Positions 10,536 through 23,585 are shown, numbered from the stretch's first letter. The stretch: 64,000 nt of DNA from Macrostomum lignano (GCA_002269645.1 NIVC01001671.1:186001-250000); one strand, 5' to 3'. The notes: generated by a model from the letters alone, not told the origin. Numbers and translations: made by a program.

Positions 10536-11051
10536 TTCCCATAATTACGATAAAGTATTTTTTGTAACACATCGAATATAATTTCAGCTTGTTTCTGAAA
10601 TAGTTATTGAACAGTAAGAATTTAATATTTAGTATTTACAGGTAGAAAACGTCTTGCTGAGGTAATATTCAGCGCTAGTATACAATACAATCTATGGAAT
10701 TCTATATTAAATCTATACAGTAAGACCACCCTTTAAGTTGCTATATATTAATAATAAGGTGTCATAGCCCATTTCCTATTGTGTAGCCTAATTAGTAGTA
10801 TTACGTTTTTTAGTATTAAATTACAGATTCTGAAGAAGCCGTTCTTCAACTTCTTTGGACATTCTGATGTGTACGTTGCATCATACATTTCTCATGCGTG
10901 CATGCTATTAAATCTCTGTGTGCATACTTTGGCTCGGAAACCAAATACAAATCGTAAAAGTTGAGCTTGTACGAAACTGTCACGTGACTTTTTGTGGCGT
11001 CATAAGCACAATGAATTGTCAGAGTGAGGTTTTATATTTTCAACATTTCAT

Positions 11052-11560
11052 TTCTTCGACACTTCATATCTCCGACACTTCATATCTCCGACACTTCATA
11101 TCTCCGACACTTCATATCTCCGACACTTCATACCTTCGACATCTCATATCTCCGAGACTTCATATCTTCGACGTTTCAGCACTCCGACACTTCATATCTC
11201 TGACACTTCATATCTCCGACACTTCATACCTTCGACATCTCATATCTCCGAGACTTCATATCTCCGACATTTCATATCTCCGACACTTCATTTCTCCGAC
11301 ACTTCATATCTCCGACACTTCATATCTCCGACATTTCATATCTCCGACACTTCATTTCTCCGACACTTCATACCACGGACAATTCATATCTCCGACTCTT
11401 CATATCTCAGACACTTCATATCACCGACAATTCATATCTCCGACTCTTTATTTCTCTGACACTTCATATTTCCGACACTTCATATCTCCGACACTTCATA
11501 TTTCCGACACTTCATTTCTCCGAAATTTAAAATCTCCTACATCTCATATCTCAAACATTG
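11052..11560. repeat. 16-bp minisatellite CCGACACTTCATATCT
   Basis: Tandem copies. Confidence 0.92.
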
Positions 11561-11887
11561 CACACATTTAAACACAGGGGAATGTGCTATATAAAAAATA
11601 CGCCACTGACAGAACAATTTGGCCGGAGTATCTCAGGTGCTTGAAAATGCAACACAATTGCTCTCTTTTCGTAGACTGGCATGCTTGCACAAGCAGAAGT
11701 GTGGTATTATAAAGCCGAGACCCAGCGCTAATATAGCTGTTCATTTTTCATAAGCTCTCACGGGCTTATAAAAGCCTGGAAAATCTCACAGCGAAGCGGA
11801 GCAGTGCAGAATCATACTCGACAAGGCTGAGCGAGAGAGAAGCAACTCGCAAAAGAAGACAATATTTTCCAAGCAACCGCAACTAAA

Positions 11888-12985
11888 ATGAGCAAACAGC
11901 TGCAGACCCCAATCCCAGACTTTTCCACCTGTCTGGCATGGGTTAAGTTGGTCTCCGCAGGATTTCCAGGCTCGGGTAAAACCTCCCTAATCAAGCACTT
12001 CTGCGACAGCCGGTTTTCGGCAGGCTACCAGCCAACAGTTGGAGCGGACTACGGCTTCAAGGTGTTCAGGGTGGATGGCTTCGATCTGAGGGTGAACATG
12101 TGGGATCTGTCCGGTTATCCCGAGTACCTGGAGGTGAGAAATGAGCTCTACTCCGGTTGCGACGGAGTGCTGCTGACCATTGATCTCACGGAAGCAAAAT
12201 CTGTAGCTAATATTGACGCTTGGATGAGAGAGATCGCTCAGTGCTGCCTTGGGAGTCCTGGGCAGCAGCAGCAGCAGAGCTCGATGCCAGATATTGTGCT
12301 TCTGGCTAATAAGGCAGATCTCAAGGATAAGAGACAGGTAATAAATCACTGCTGTTCTTATACTCGTAACTGGCAAAATCAATAATATTCAGACATGACA
12401 AGAGTGAATCTCAAACCTAACAATTATGAGTGAATCTCAGATCTCACAAGAGTGAATCTCAGATCTCACAAGAGTGAATCTCAGATCTCACAAGAGTGAA
12501 TCTCAGATCTCACAAGAGTGAATCTCAGATCTCACAAGAGTGAATCTCAGATCTCACAAGAGTGAATCTCAGATCTCACAAGAGTGAATCTCAGATCTCA
12601 CAAGAGTGAATATCAGATCTCACAAGACTGAATCTCGGATCTCAAAAGAGTGAATCTCAGACCTCACAAGAGTGAATCTCAAACCTGACAATCAAGAGTG
12701 AATCTCAGACCTCACAAGTCACAAGAGTGAATCCTCAGACCTCACAATAGTGAATCTCAGACCTGACAATTAAGAGTGAATCTCAGACCTCAAGAGTAAA
12801 TTTGAACGCACACACAGGTGACCCCTGCAGACGCAGCCAAAGCAGCAGCCAAGCACAAGCTGCATCTATACGAGACCTCGGCCGCCACAGGCGAAGGCGT
12901 TGACAAGGCGTTCCGCGACCTTCTCCAACGAATTGTGCAACGAAATCGGGCGGCATGGGCGGCTCGCGGAGTGAAAATGGAGTGA
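11888..12985 (+). CDS. RJL: RJL-family Rab-like GTPase (resembles the DNAJC27/RBJ GTPase domain; no J domain, no prenylation motif). Exons 11888-12337, 12818-12985
   Basis: G1 GFPGSGKT, G2 PTVG, G3 WDLSGY, the RJL-like EVRNELY signature, G4 NKAD, G5 ETSAA. Intron is CAG|gtaata ... cacacag|GTG. Ends ...RGVKME*. Confidence 0.85.
12400..12795. repeat. 22-bp minisatellite GAGTGAATCTCAGATCTCACAA (RJL intron)
   Basis: Tandem copies. Confidence 0.92.
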
Positions 12986-13122
12986 ATATAAGAAAGGACA
13001 TTTAGTACTTTTGCCTACAACTTTTTGCGGTAATATCAGCTACATGTATATAAACATGAATAACTGAACACTTTTAATAATGAACGGCTAACTTCTTATG
13101 AATTTGGAAACAAGTGGGAGAC

Positions 13123-15020
13123 AGTGAGATTACCTGTAAGATAGTGAGATTACCTGTGCGACAGATAGTGAGTTCACTTGTGAGATAGTGAGATTACCTG
13201 TGCGACAGATAGTGAGTTCACTTGTGAGATAGTGAGATAACCTGTGCGACAGTGAGATCACCTGTGAGACAGTGGGATCACCTGTGAGATAGTGATATCA
13301 CCTGTGAGACAGATAGTGAGTTCACTTGTGAGATAGTGAGATAACCTGTGCGACAGTGAGATCACCTGTGAGACAGTGGGATCATCTGTGAGATAGTGAG
13401 ATCACCTGTGAGACAGTGAGATCACCTGTGAGACAGTGAGATCACCTGTGAGACAGTGAGATCACCTGTGAGACAGTGAGATCACCTGTGAGATAGTGAG
13501 ATCACCTGTGAGATAGATAGTGAGATTACCTGTGCGACAGTGAGATCACCTGTGAGATAGTGAGATCACCTGTGAGATAGATAGTGAGATTACCTGTGCG
13601 ACAGTGAGATCACCTGTGAGACAGTGAGATCACCTGTGAGACAGTGAGATCACCTGTGAGATAGTGAGATCACCTGTGAGACAGTGAGATCACCTGTGAG
13701 ACAGTGGGATCATCTGTGAGATAGTGAGATCACCTGTGAGACAGTGAGATCACCTGTGAGACAGTGAGATTACCTGTGAGATAGTGAGATCACCTGTGAG
13801 ACAGTGAGATCACCTGTGAGACAGTGAGATCACCTGTGAGACAGTGAGATCACCTGTGAGACAGTGAGATCACCTGTGAGATAGTGAGATCACCTGTGAG
13901 ATAGATAGTGAGATTACCTGTGCGACAGTGAGATCACCTGTGAGATAGTGAGATCACCTGTGAGACAGTGGGATCACCTGTGAGATAGTGATATCACCTG
14001 TGAGACAGATAGTGAGTTCACTTGTGAGATAGTGAGATAACCTGTGCGACAGTGAGATCACCTGTGAGACAGTGGGATCATCTGTGAGATAGTGAGATCA
14101 CCTGTGAGACAGTGAGATCACCTGTGAGACAGTGAGATCACCTGTGAGACAGTGAGATCACCTGTGAGACAGTGAGATCACCTGTGAGATAGTGAGATCA
14201 CCTGTGAGATAGATAGTGAGATTACCTGTGCGACAGTGAGATCACCTGTGAGATAGTGAGATCACCTGTGAGATAGATAGTGAGATTACCTGTGCGACAG
14301 TGAGATCACCTGTGAGACAGTGAGATCACCTGTGAGACAGTGAGATCACCTGTGAGATAGTGAGATCACCTGTGAGACAGTGAGATCACCTGTGAGACAG
14401 TGGGATCATCTGTGAGATAGTGAGATCACCTGTGAGACAGTGAGATCACCTGTGAGACAGTGAGATCACCTGTGAGATAGTGAGATCACCTGTGAGACAG
14501 TGAGATCACCTGTGAGACAGTGAGATCACCTGTGAGACAGTGAGATCACCTGTGAGATAGTGAGATCACCTGTGAGACAGTGGGATCACCTGCGAGACAG
14601 TGAGATCACCTGTGAGACAGTGAGATCACCTGTGAGATAGTGAGATCACCTGTGAGATAGTGAGATCACCTGTGAGACAGTGAGATCACCTGTGAGACAG
14701 ATAGTGAGATACCTGTGAGACAGTGGGATCACCTGCGAGACAGTGAGATCACCTGTGAGACAGTGAGATCACCTGTGAGACAGTGAGATCACCTGTGAGG
14801 TAGTGAGATTACCTGTGCGACAGTGAGATCACCTGTGCGACAGTGAGATCACCTGTGAGACAGATAGTGAGATCACCGTGAGACAGTGAGATCACCTGTG
14901 AGACAGTGAGATCACCTGTGCGACAGTGAGATCACCTGTGAGACAGATAGTGAGATCACCGTGAGACAGTGAGATCACCTGTGAGACAGTGAGATCACCT
15001 GTGAGGTAGTGAGATTACCT
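13123..15020. repeat. 20-bp minisatellite GTGAGATCACCTGTGAGACA with higher-order structure
   Basis: Tandem copies; a block of variants recurs about 0.7 kb apart (13272 vs 13968). Confidence 0.95.
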
Positions 15021-15404
15021 GAAACTGTGTAACCAAAAATAAACCAAGATTAAGTTTAAAAGGAGAGTTGTTAAATTTTCAACAATCGATTGATTTTTAA
15101 ATTTGATTTTTGTTGGTGAATTACGACGTACATAAAACTTACAATTTATTTGTTACTTTAAATGCTTTTTGAAACAGAGAAATGAATCGAAAATTTATAA
15201 TATCATTTATGATGTTACTTTATAAGTTTTACTAATATCGGTACAAACATACACGTCAGAAGTTAGTTTATTACAGAGATGAAATACGGCAGAAAAAGGC
15301 ATGAAAATATGATTAAGTAAGCATTGGAAATTAAGTAAAGCACACTAGGTCAGAATAGGCTTCACTTAAGTTCTCTTTTCCATTTCGAAACAGTATCGAC
15401 TTTT

Positions 15405-16525
15405 AAAAACCTCGGGTATCTACTTCTAAACACTTCGGGCATCTACTGCTAAACACCTCGGTATCTACTTCTAAACACTTCGGGTATCTACTGCTAAACA
15501 CTTCGGGTATCTACTTCAAAACACTTCGGGTATCTACTTCTAAACACTTCGGGCATCTACTGCTAAACACCTCGGGTATCTACTTCAAAACACTTCGGGT
15601 ATCTACTGCTAAACACTTCGGGTATCTACTTCAAAACACTTCGGGTATCTACTGCTAAACACTTCGGGTATCTACTTCAAAACACTTCGGGTATCTACTT
15701 CAAAACACTTCGGGTATCTACTTCTAAACACTTCGGGCATCTACTGCTAAACACCTCGGTATCTACTTCTAAACACTTCGGGTATCTACTTCTAAACACT
15801 TCGGGTATCTACTGCTAAACACTTCGGGTATATACTTATAAACACCTCGGTATCTACTTATAAACACCTCGGTATCTACTTCTAAGCACCTCGGGTATCT
15901 ACTGCTAAACACCTCGGTATCTACTTCTAAACACCTCGGTATCTACTTCTAAGCACCTCGGGTATCTACTGCTAAACACCTCGGTATCTACTGCTAAACA
16001 CCTCGGGTATCTACTTCTAAACACTTCGGGCATCTACTGCTAAACACCTCGGTATCTACTGCTAAACACCTCGGTATCTACTTCTAAACACTTCGGGTAT
16101 CTACTTCAAAACACTTCGGGTATCTACTGCTAAACACTTCGGGTATATACTTATAAACACCTCGGTATCTACTTATAAACACCTCGGTATCTACTTCTAA
16201 GCACCTCGGGTATCTACTTCTAAACACCTCGGTATCTACTTCTAAGCACCTCGGGTATCTACTGCTAAACACCTCGGTATCTACTGCTAAACACCTCGGT
16301 ATCTACTGCTAAACACCTCGGTATCTACTTCTAAACACTTCGGGTATCTACTTCTAAACACTTCGGGTATCTACTGCTAAACACTTCGGGTATATACTTA
16401 TAAACACCTCGGTATCTACTTCTAAGCACCTCGGGTATCTACTGCTAAACACCTCGGTATCTACTGCTAAACACCTCGGGTATCTACTTCTAAACACTTC
16501 GGGTATCTACTTCTAAACACTTTGA
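15405..16525. repeat. 22-23-bp minisatellite AAACACTTCGGGTATCTACTTCT
   Basis: Tandem copies. Confidence 0.93.
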
Positions 16526-16572
16526 TATCTCCTAAACACCCCAGTATAAAAACTACTGACTGAATTTGCTGA

Positions 16573-19500
16573 CTATTTGGAATTCAACTTGCGCAGCACA
16601 ACCTGCCTGGGCCTCATTGTCAACAGTCGACCAGAATCGAACTTTAAAGAAGTTTTCGACTGATTTGAACTGCCAACGGTGGATACAGTTGAGCTCGATC
16701 TCTGAGCACCCGGAGCTTGCCGAAAATATTTCGCAGGCGGCAACCGGGAAGGACCAACAGTGGAACTTGAAGATTTTCTCTCCTCAGAATCCAAAGTACT
16801 TGCCGACCGTTTATTATTGCTGCCACAAGCAGGTCTAGGAGCAGCAGCAGAAGAGCCTGATATTGAAGAGTATAATTGAGTTGACATTGCCAGTTTGGCT
16901 TGTAGAACTGCTGGGTGAGCTGGCAAAGCTGATGGTGCTGGTGTTGAAGCACTGGACGGTGGCTGATGCTGTGGTGGCGGTGGCGGCGGCGGGGCGGCGG
17001 AGGAGGCGGCGGTGCAGCAGCATCTTCAATGTTGCTCTCCTGATCAACAGAACCATCCGCTGTGGCCATGGCTGTCACTTCTGCATTTAATCGAAGGTAG
17101 ATGATGGCTGCATGCATTTTTGTTTGATGCCTCTTATGGCGTTATTTCCTTCACATAACTATCTCAGATGATTTTTATGGAATCCTTGTCTAATCTGACA
17201 TCTCTACCTCTCTGACATCCCCATTTCTTTGACATCCCCAGCTTTCTGACATACCCATCTCTTTGACGTCCCCAGCTCTCTGACATCCCCATCTCTCTGA
17301 CATCCCCATTTCTTTGACATCCCCAGCTCTCTGACTCCCCATCTCTCTGACGTCCCCAGCTCTCTGACATCCCCATCTTCTCTGACATCTCTACCTCTCT
17401 GACATCCCCATCTCTCTGACATCTCTACCTCTCTGACATCCCCATCTCTCTAACATCCCCATCTTCTCTGCAATACCCATCTCTGACATCTCTATCTCTC
17501 TGACATCCCTACATGTATCCCTCTGACATCCTCATCTCTTTGACATGCCCATCTATTTGACATTCCCATCACTGAAATTTCCATCTCTCTGACATCTCCA
17601 TGTCTCTGACATGCCCAGTTCTCTGACATCTCCATCTCTCTGACATCCCATGTCTCTGACATGCCCATCTCTTGGACATCCTAATCCCTTTGAAATCATT
17701 CTTCGTGATATATTTCTGGCCTGACATTCCAATCTCGCGGACTGCCCTCTCTTTAACTTCGCGTCGCCACTTGAAACAAGCGCCAAGTATCTTTTACGTA
17801 CCCAATCGCTGTCTAAAGAAAAAATACAACCCACAAAAAGTAACACGAAAATTTCCGCTCTGTAAAGTTAATTACACTACATATCGGATACAAAGAATCA
17901 ATTTTTTAAATTACACAAGAAAATGAGTAATCACGCGGTACTTACTCATAGCCAGTCCAGACCTCACCTGCCGACAGCGGTGCTTCAATTTAAGTCGGCA
18001 CTCCTCCGCGGATTCGAACTCGGGAGCGTACACGGCATGTAATACACCGCCGAAAAAGTTCAAATCGTCCATGCGCCTCTTGGCGTGTCTGATTTCCGGT
18101 TGTTCATTGATTAGTTTGGGCGGTCAGTTTAAGGAAAATAATTGACAGCTTTCAATTGTGTTTTTCTCAAAAGCAAGGATACAAAATGGATCAGCGAGCT
18201 GAGTACTGATCCCACTGATTCTTGGAGTGGCTAGAGATATGGATGAGGATTGATCAGGAATATCTAGAGATTGAACAGATATATCCAGAAATGAATTATA
18301 GATATTCAAAGATTGGCTATAGATATCTAGATATTAACCATAGATATATAGAGATTGGCCATGATATCTAGAGATTGGCCATGATATCTAGAGATTGGCC
18401 ATGATATCTAGAGATTGGCCATGATATCTAGAGATTGGCCATGATATCTAGAGATTGGCCATGGATATATATAAATCCATCAGGAACATCGACATACTGA
18501 TGAGGATATCTAAAGATCGACCAGGAATATCTACAGACTGATCAGATATCTGAAATCGATCATGAATATCTACATATTGATCAGAGATATCTATAGATAG
18601 ATCATGAATATCTACATATTGATCAGAGATATCTATAGATCGATCAGGAATATCTACATATTGATCAGAGATATCTATAGATCGATCAGGAATATCTACA
18701 TATTGATCAGAGATATCTATAGATAGATCATGAATATCTACATATTGATCAGAGATATCTATAGATTGATCAGGAATATCTACATATTGATCAGAGATAT
18801 CTATAGATCGATCAGGAATATCTACAGACTGACTAGAGATATAGATTGATCAGAGACATCGATACTTTAATAAAGAATGTTTAGAAACTGCCCCAGAAGT
18901 TTATTTGATAACTAGCCCTCTTTTCAAAAATGAAACACAATAAACAGCGGAGAAAATGAGTTAGATATTTGTTAATCTACGCCATTTGATAATCTGCAAA
19001 CAATCATTTTTAAAAAGGGTACCATTAATTTCTAGGTACTCGTGTCGGCTTCCGGTAGAGTCTGGAGTACATGCAGCTTATATTTATGATATTAAATAAA
19101 ATTTGATTAATAATCAATCAAATAAAGAGCCACTAACCTTGCACTATTAATCCTGACAAATTTAATCAGAAATGTATCGGTGAAGGCTTCAACAAGTTGG
19201 CTATTTTGACTAGTTGATGGTGCAGATGTTGCAACAGACGCGGAACTGTCCAAACGGGTCACCGATTCCACTGGGCCAAAGCGACTGGCCGAGCGGGTCA
19301 CGTGATCTGTCAGACCGATGGCCGGCACACTGTAGATTTGCAGGTACTGAGACTCGTCTGAGATGCAGTAGGCCTTGTAGGGGTTAGGGGGATTTTTAAA
19401 TCCTCATTCCCAAAATTCAAATCCCCTATTGCCAACCTTTAAACCCCCACTTTCTTTACCCACTTTCACTTCCGGCCAATCAAAGAATCTCCTGACCAAT

Positions 19501-20091
19501 CAGAGAATATACTGACCAATCAAAGAATCGCCTGACCAATCAGAGTCTCCTGACCAATCAAAGAATCTCCTGACCAATCAGAGAATATACTGACCAATCA
19601 GAGAATCGCCTGACCAATCAGAGTCTCCTGACCAATCAGAGAAACTCCTGACCAATCAGAGAATATACTGACCAATCAGAGAATCGCCTGACCAATCAGA
19701 GAATCGCCTGACTAATCAGAGAATCGCCTGACCAATCAGAGAATCGCCTGACTAATCAGAGAATCGCCTGACCAATCAGAGAATCGCCTGACTAATCAGA
19801 GAATCACCTGACCAATCAGCGAATCTCCTGACCAATGAGCGAATCTCCTGACCAATCAGAGAATCTCCTGACCAATCAGAGAATCGCATGACCTATCGGA
19901 GAATCTCCTGACCAATCAGAGAATCTCCTGACCAATCAGAGTCTCTTTAAGCTCAAATATAGGTATAATTGTCCCATCCTCACCTTAACGGCAGTCTTAC
20001 GCCTGCCATCCCTATAAGGAGGCCGGTTAAGGCAGGGTCCCTGCTTGGCGTGATGCCTGGGCAACGGTCGCCCCTGCTGGTTGTCAGCGGA
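16573..20091 (-). CDS. RBM48: RNA-binding protein 48. Exons (minus strand): 20091-19984, 19373-19138, 18088-17946, ~17812-17726, ~17071-16573. Start exon not located; probable 1-nt frameshift near 16992
   Basis: HHAKQGPCLNRPPYRDGRRKTAVK / AYCISDESQYLQIYSVPAIG...EAFTDTFLIKFVRINSAR / HAKRRMDDLNFFGGVLHAVYAPEFES match the RBM48 RRM region. GT-AG junctions are phase-compatible for the first four exons. The boundaries of the last intron are less certain. Confidence 0.88.
17195..17670. repeat. Degenerate minisatellite CTCTGACATCCCCATCT (RBM48 intron)
   Basis: Tandem copies. Confidence 0.88.
18335..18860. repeat. Compound minisatellite: 20-bp GATATCTAGAGATTGGCCAT, then 42-bp ATCAGAGATATCTATAGATCGATCAGGAATATCTACATATTG
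   Basis: Tandem copies. Confidence 0.88.
19483..19940. repeat. ~20-bp minisatellite CTGACCAATCAGAGAATCTC (RBM48 intron)
   Basis: Tandem copies. Confidence 0.92.
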
Positions 20092-20221
20092 CTGTAAGAA
20101 ATTTGAGATCTCAGCAGTTGAGAGCTTAGCAATCGTTATGATTTTTTGTGATTTTATCACCAACCCTACTAGAGTTACATAACATCACAGAAACTTCTGA
20201 CAGGAGGTACTCTGGAGATTG

Positions 20222-21135
20222 ACCCCTGACCTCACCTGAAAAGTACTTAAAACACTAACCCCTCTGACCTCACCTGAAAAGAATTACTCAAGACATTGAC
20301 CTCACCTGACAAGAATTACTCAAGACCTCACCTGACAAGAATTACTCAAGACATTGGCCTCACCTGACAAGAATTACTCAAGACATTGACCTCACCTGAC
20401 AAGAATTACTCAAGACATTGACCTCACCTGACAAGAATTACTCAAGACCTCACCTGACAAGAATTACTCAAGACATTGGCCTCACCTGACAAGAATTACT
20501 CAAGACATTGACCTCACCTGACAAGAATTACTCAAGACCTCACCTGACAAGAATTACTCAAGACATTGGCCTCACCTGACAAGAATTACTCAAGACATTG
20601 GCCTCACCTGACAAGAATTACTCAAGACATTGGCCTCACCTGACAAGAATTACTCAAGACATTGACCTCACCTGACAAGAATTACTCAAGACATTGGCCT
20701 CACCTGACAAGAATTACTCAAGACATTGGCCTCACCTGACAAGAATTACTCAAGACATTGACCTCACCTGACAAGAATTACTCAAGACATTGGCCTCACC
20801 TGACAAGAATTACTCAAGACATTGGCCTCACCTGACAAGAATTACTCAAGACATTGGCCTCACCTGACAAGAATTACTCAAGACATTGGCCTCACCTGAC
20901 AAGACTTACTCAAGACATTGGCCTCATCTGACAAGAATTACTTAAGACACTGACCTCACCTGACAAGAATTACTTAAGACACTGACCTCACCTGACAAGA
21001 ACTACTCAAGACATTGACCTCACCTGACAATACTAAATACACTGACCTCACCTGACAATACTTAAGACACTGACCTCACCTGACAATACTAAATACACTG
21101 ACCTCACATGACAAGAATTACTTAAAACACTGACC
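20222..21135. repeat. 32-bp minisatellite GACCTCACCTGACAAGAATTACTCAAGACATT
   Basis: About 27-29 tandem copies, some 27-bp variants. Confidence 0.94.
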
Positions 21136-21934
21136 CCTTTATTTTAATCAGTTCTTAAAAACTTTAAACTTTCAAAACAATTTTCGTGAAGACATTGTAA
21201 ACCCACAATAAACAAGTAAACATGGGTCAACACTATTTAGATAGGAAGCAGATAAAAAAGCACTTAAAAAGAGCATTACTAGTGAGTTATATTTAACTAA
21301 TAAAAATTCTAACTTAAGCTGAATTTTCAGAAAACAGTTAATTACATATAATTACTCTTAGTAAAGGTAAATAAACAATTTACCAGTAATTTAGTACAAG
21401 CAAAGGCACCTCGAACTAAAAGCTTATGAAAACGTAATAGCTCGTATGAGAAGGGTAAATAAGCTTAAATATTTGGAGATAAATTCTGAATACACACAAA
21501 CAAGAACAATATAAATACCATAGAGATTTAATATTATATCAGCTGTATTTAATAATCTCAAAACCTATTAAATATCAAAAGAAAATAAAGATACATAACT
21601 TTTTGGCGTTGATCATATCAGTGTCTATGGCAATAAATAGTAATTAAATTACTGGTAATATCGCCTTTCTTGCAGTCGATTTTCCACTCGCGGCTTTCAA
21701 AACTGGACACGGAGACTCTGTGGCTTCGCCTACTCAATAGTAGTCTATGGCCCAAACCGAAATCGACTCCATGCAAAAAAGAGCGGAATTTTGTCTATGG
21801 CCAAGCTATACTGACATCAGTCAGTGCAGAAGCTTTTCTGAGAGGTTGATTGTGGTGCAGTGCACTGGAAAATTGATTGCAAAAGGCTGTTTGCAATAAA
21901 AAAAATAGTTAGTCAAGAATGTCGCATGCCGGCT

Positions 21935-23099
21935 TCAATGCTGCTTAGGTCTGAAGTACAGCAGTTTCCTAAGCTGGCTAACAGTCACTGGCATCTGCTT
22001 CATCCCTGTGCTCTCTGGTTCTCCCGTGTCGCTGGCGTAGGCCGAAGACACCAGGCGTTGCACCATCAGCATGAGATGCTGCAGCTCCATGCGGTCACCG
22101 TGACGATCCAGCAGAGCCGTCAGCTGCTGCCCAAACCAGCTGCCTCTCTGGCTGTTCCTCCAGCTGAAGTAGCCGGGCGGGGTCGAGTAGAAGAAGAAGA
22201 AATCCGACTCGAGCGGCACTCGGAGCGGCCCGCTGATGCCAGCGCCGCTGCCGACGCCAACACCAGCTGGTGGCAGAGCGTCCAGGGTGTCGCCTTCGCC
22301 GTCGGTGACTTCGACGCCTCGATCGAAGTTGTCACCGCGGCAGGCCTGACGGTTATTTCAGATGGATGATGAAAGCCTTCCTAAATATTCCCAATCCAAC
22401 TCTCAGATCCCCATCCTATTAAGAGATCCCTAATCCCATTCTGAGATGCCCAATCCCATTCTGACATCCCTAATCCGATTCTGAGATCCCCAATCCCATT
22501 CAGAGATCCCCAATACCATTCAGAGATCCCCAACTCCATTCCGAGATTCCCAATCCCATTCTGAGATTTAAGAAACAAATTGCTTAACTTTTCAAGATCC
22601 CAACTAACCTAACCGCAGAATCCCAGATCCCAGCAGAAGACATACCTGGATGAAAAACAGCTTCGGCTTGCCAGCCAAAGTTTTGCAAGCGTCCGGTTTG
22701 AACTGTCTAACAACAAAGTCGATAGGCAAGTCCCTGTCCTTAGTGTAGAAGTGGCCCTCATATCCGTGAGACAGCAACACTACAGCAAAACAATCGTTAT
22801 TAGAATGATTTTTGAGGCGGAACTCGCGCAGAACATCCAGCAGGCTCGAGGCTGTTAGGTCGCGAAAAGTTCGAACATCGAAGCCCAGACGACGAAACGA
22901 GTTCTCAATGTTGCTGGCGTCCACGTCGGAGCCCTCGCGGGTCGGCTGGTGGGTTGAGCTGAGAAAGTTTACCTGTTTTAGTGCGACCGATTATATTAGC
23001 TATAATATATTCTGTTGCAGACAGTATACGTTATGTTGTTGAAGTGCTGAAGAACCAAAGGATTTAGAACTTCAGTAGTAGGTACGCAATAATAAATAT

Positions 23100-23160
<61 letters not shown>

Positions 23161-23169
23161 TGACAGACT

Positions 23170-23248
<79 letters not shown>

Positions 23249-23249
23249 T

Positions 23250-23292
<43 letters not shown>

Positions 23293-23293
23293 T

Positions 23294-23365
<72 letters not shown>

Positions 23366-23366
23366 C

Positions 23367-23433
<67 letters not shown>

Positions 23434-23434
23434 C

Positions 23435-23501
<67 letters not shown>

Positions 23502-23502
23502 C

Positions 23503-23549
<47 letters not shown>

Positions 23550-23550
23550 C

Positions 23551-23585
<35 letters not shown>

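Noticed and set aside
10979-10988. GTCACGTGAC E-box/CLEAR-like palindrome upstream of RJL
   Set aside because: A single 10-bp motif with no supporting context.
16644-17117. 157-aa ORF with a hydrophobic LLLLLL stretch as a separate membrane protein
   Set aside because: It overlaps the last RBM48 exon and is best explained by the frameshift at ~16992.
19483-19940. Tandem CCAAT boxes as a promoter
   Set aside because: They lie inside an RBM48 intron as part of a minisatellite; no evidence of a TSS.
21860-22369. Plus-strand 169-aa ORF (and similar antisense ORFs over NDOR1, CCN and the TRIM-like gene)
   Set aside because: Antisense shadows of GC-rich real exons.
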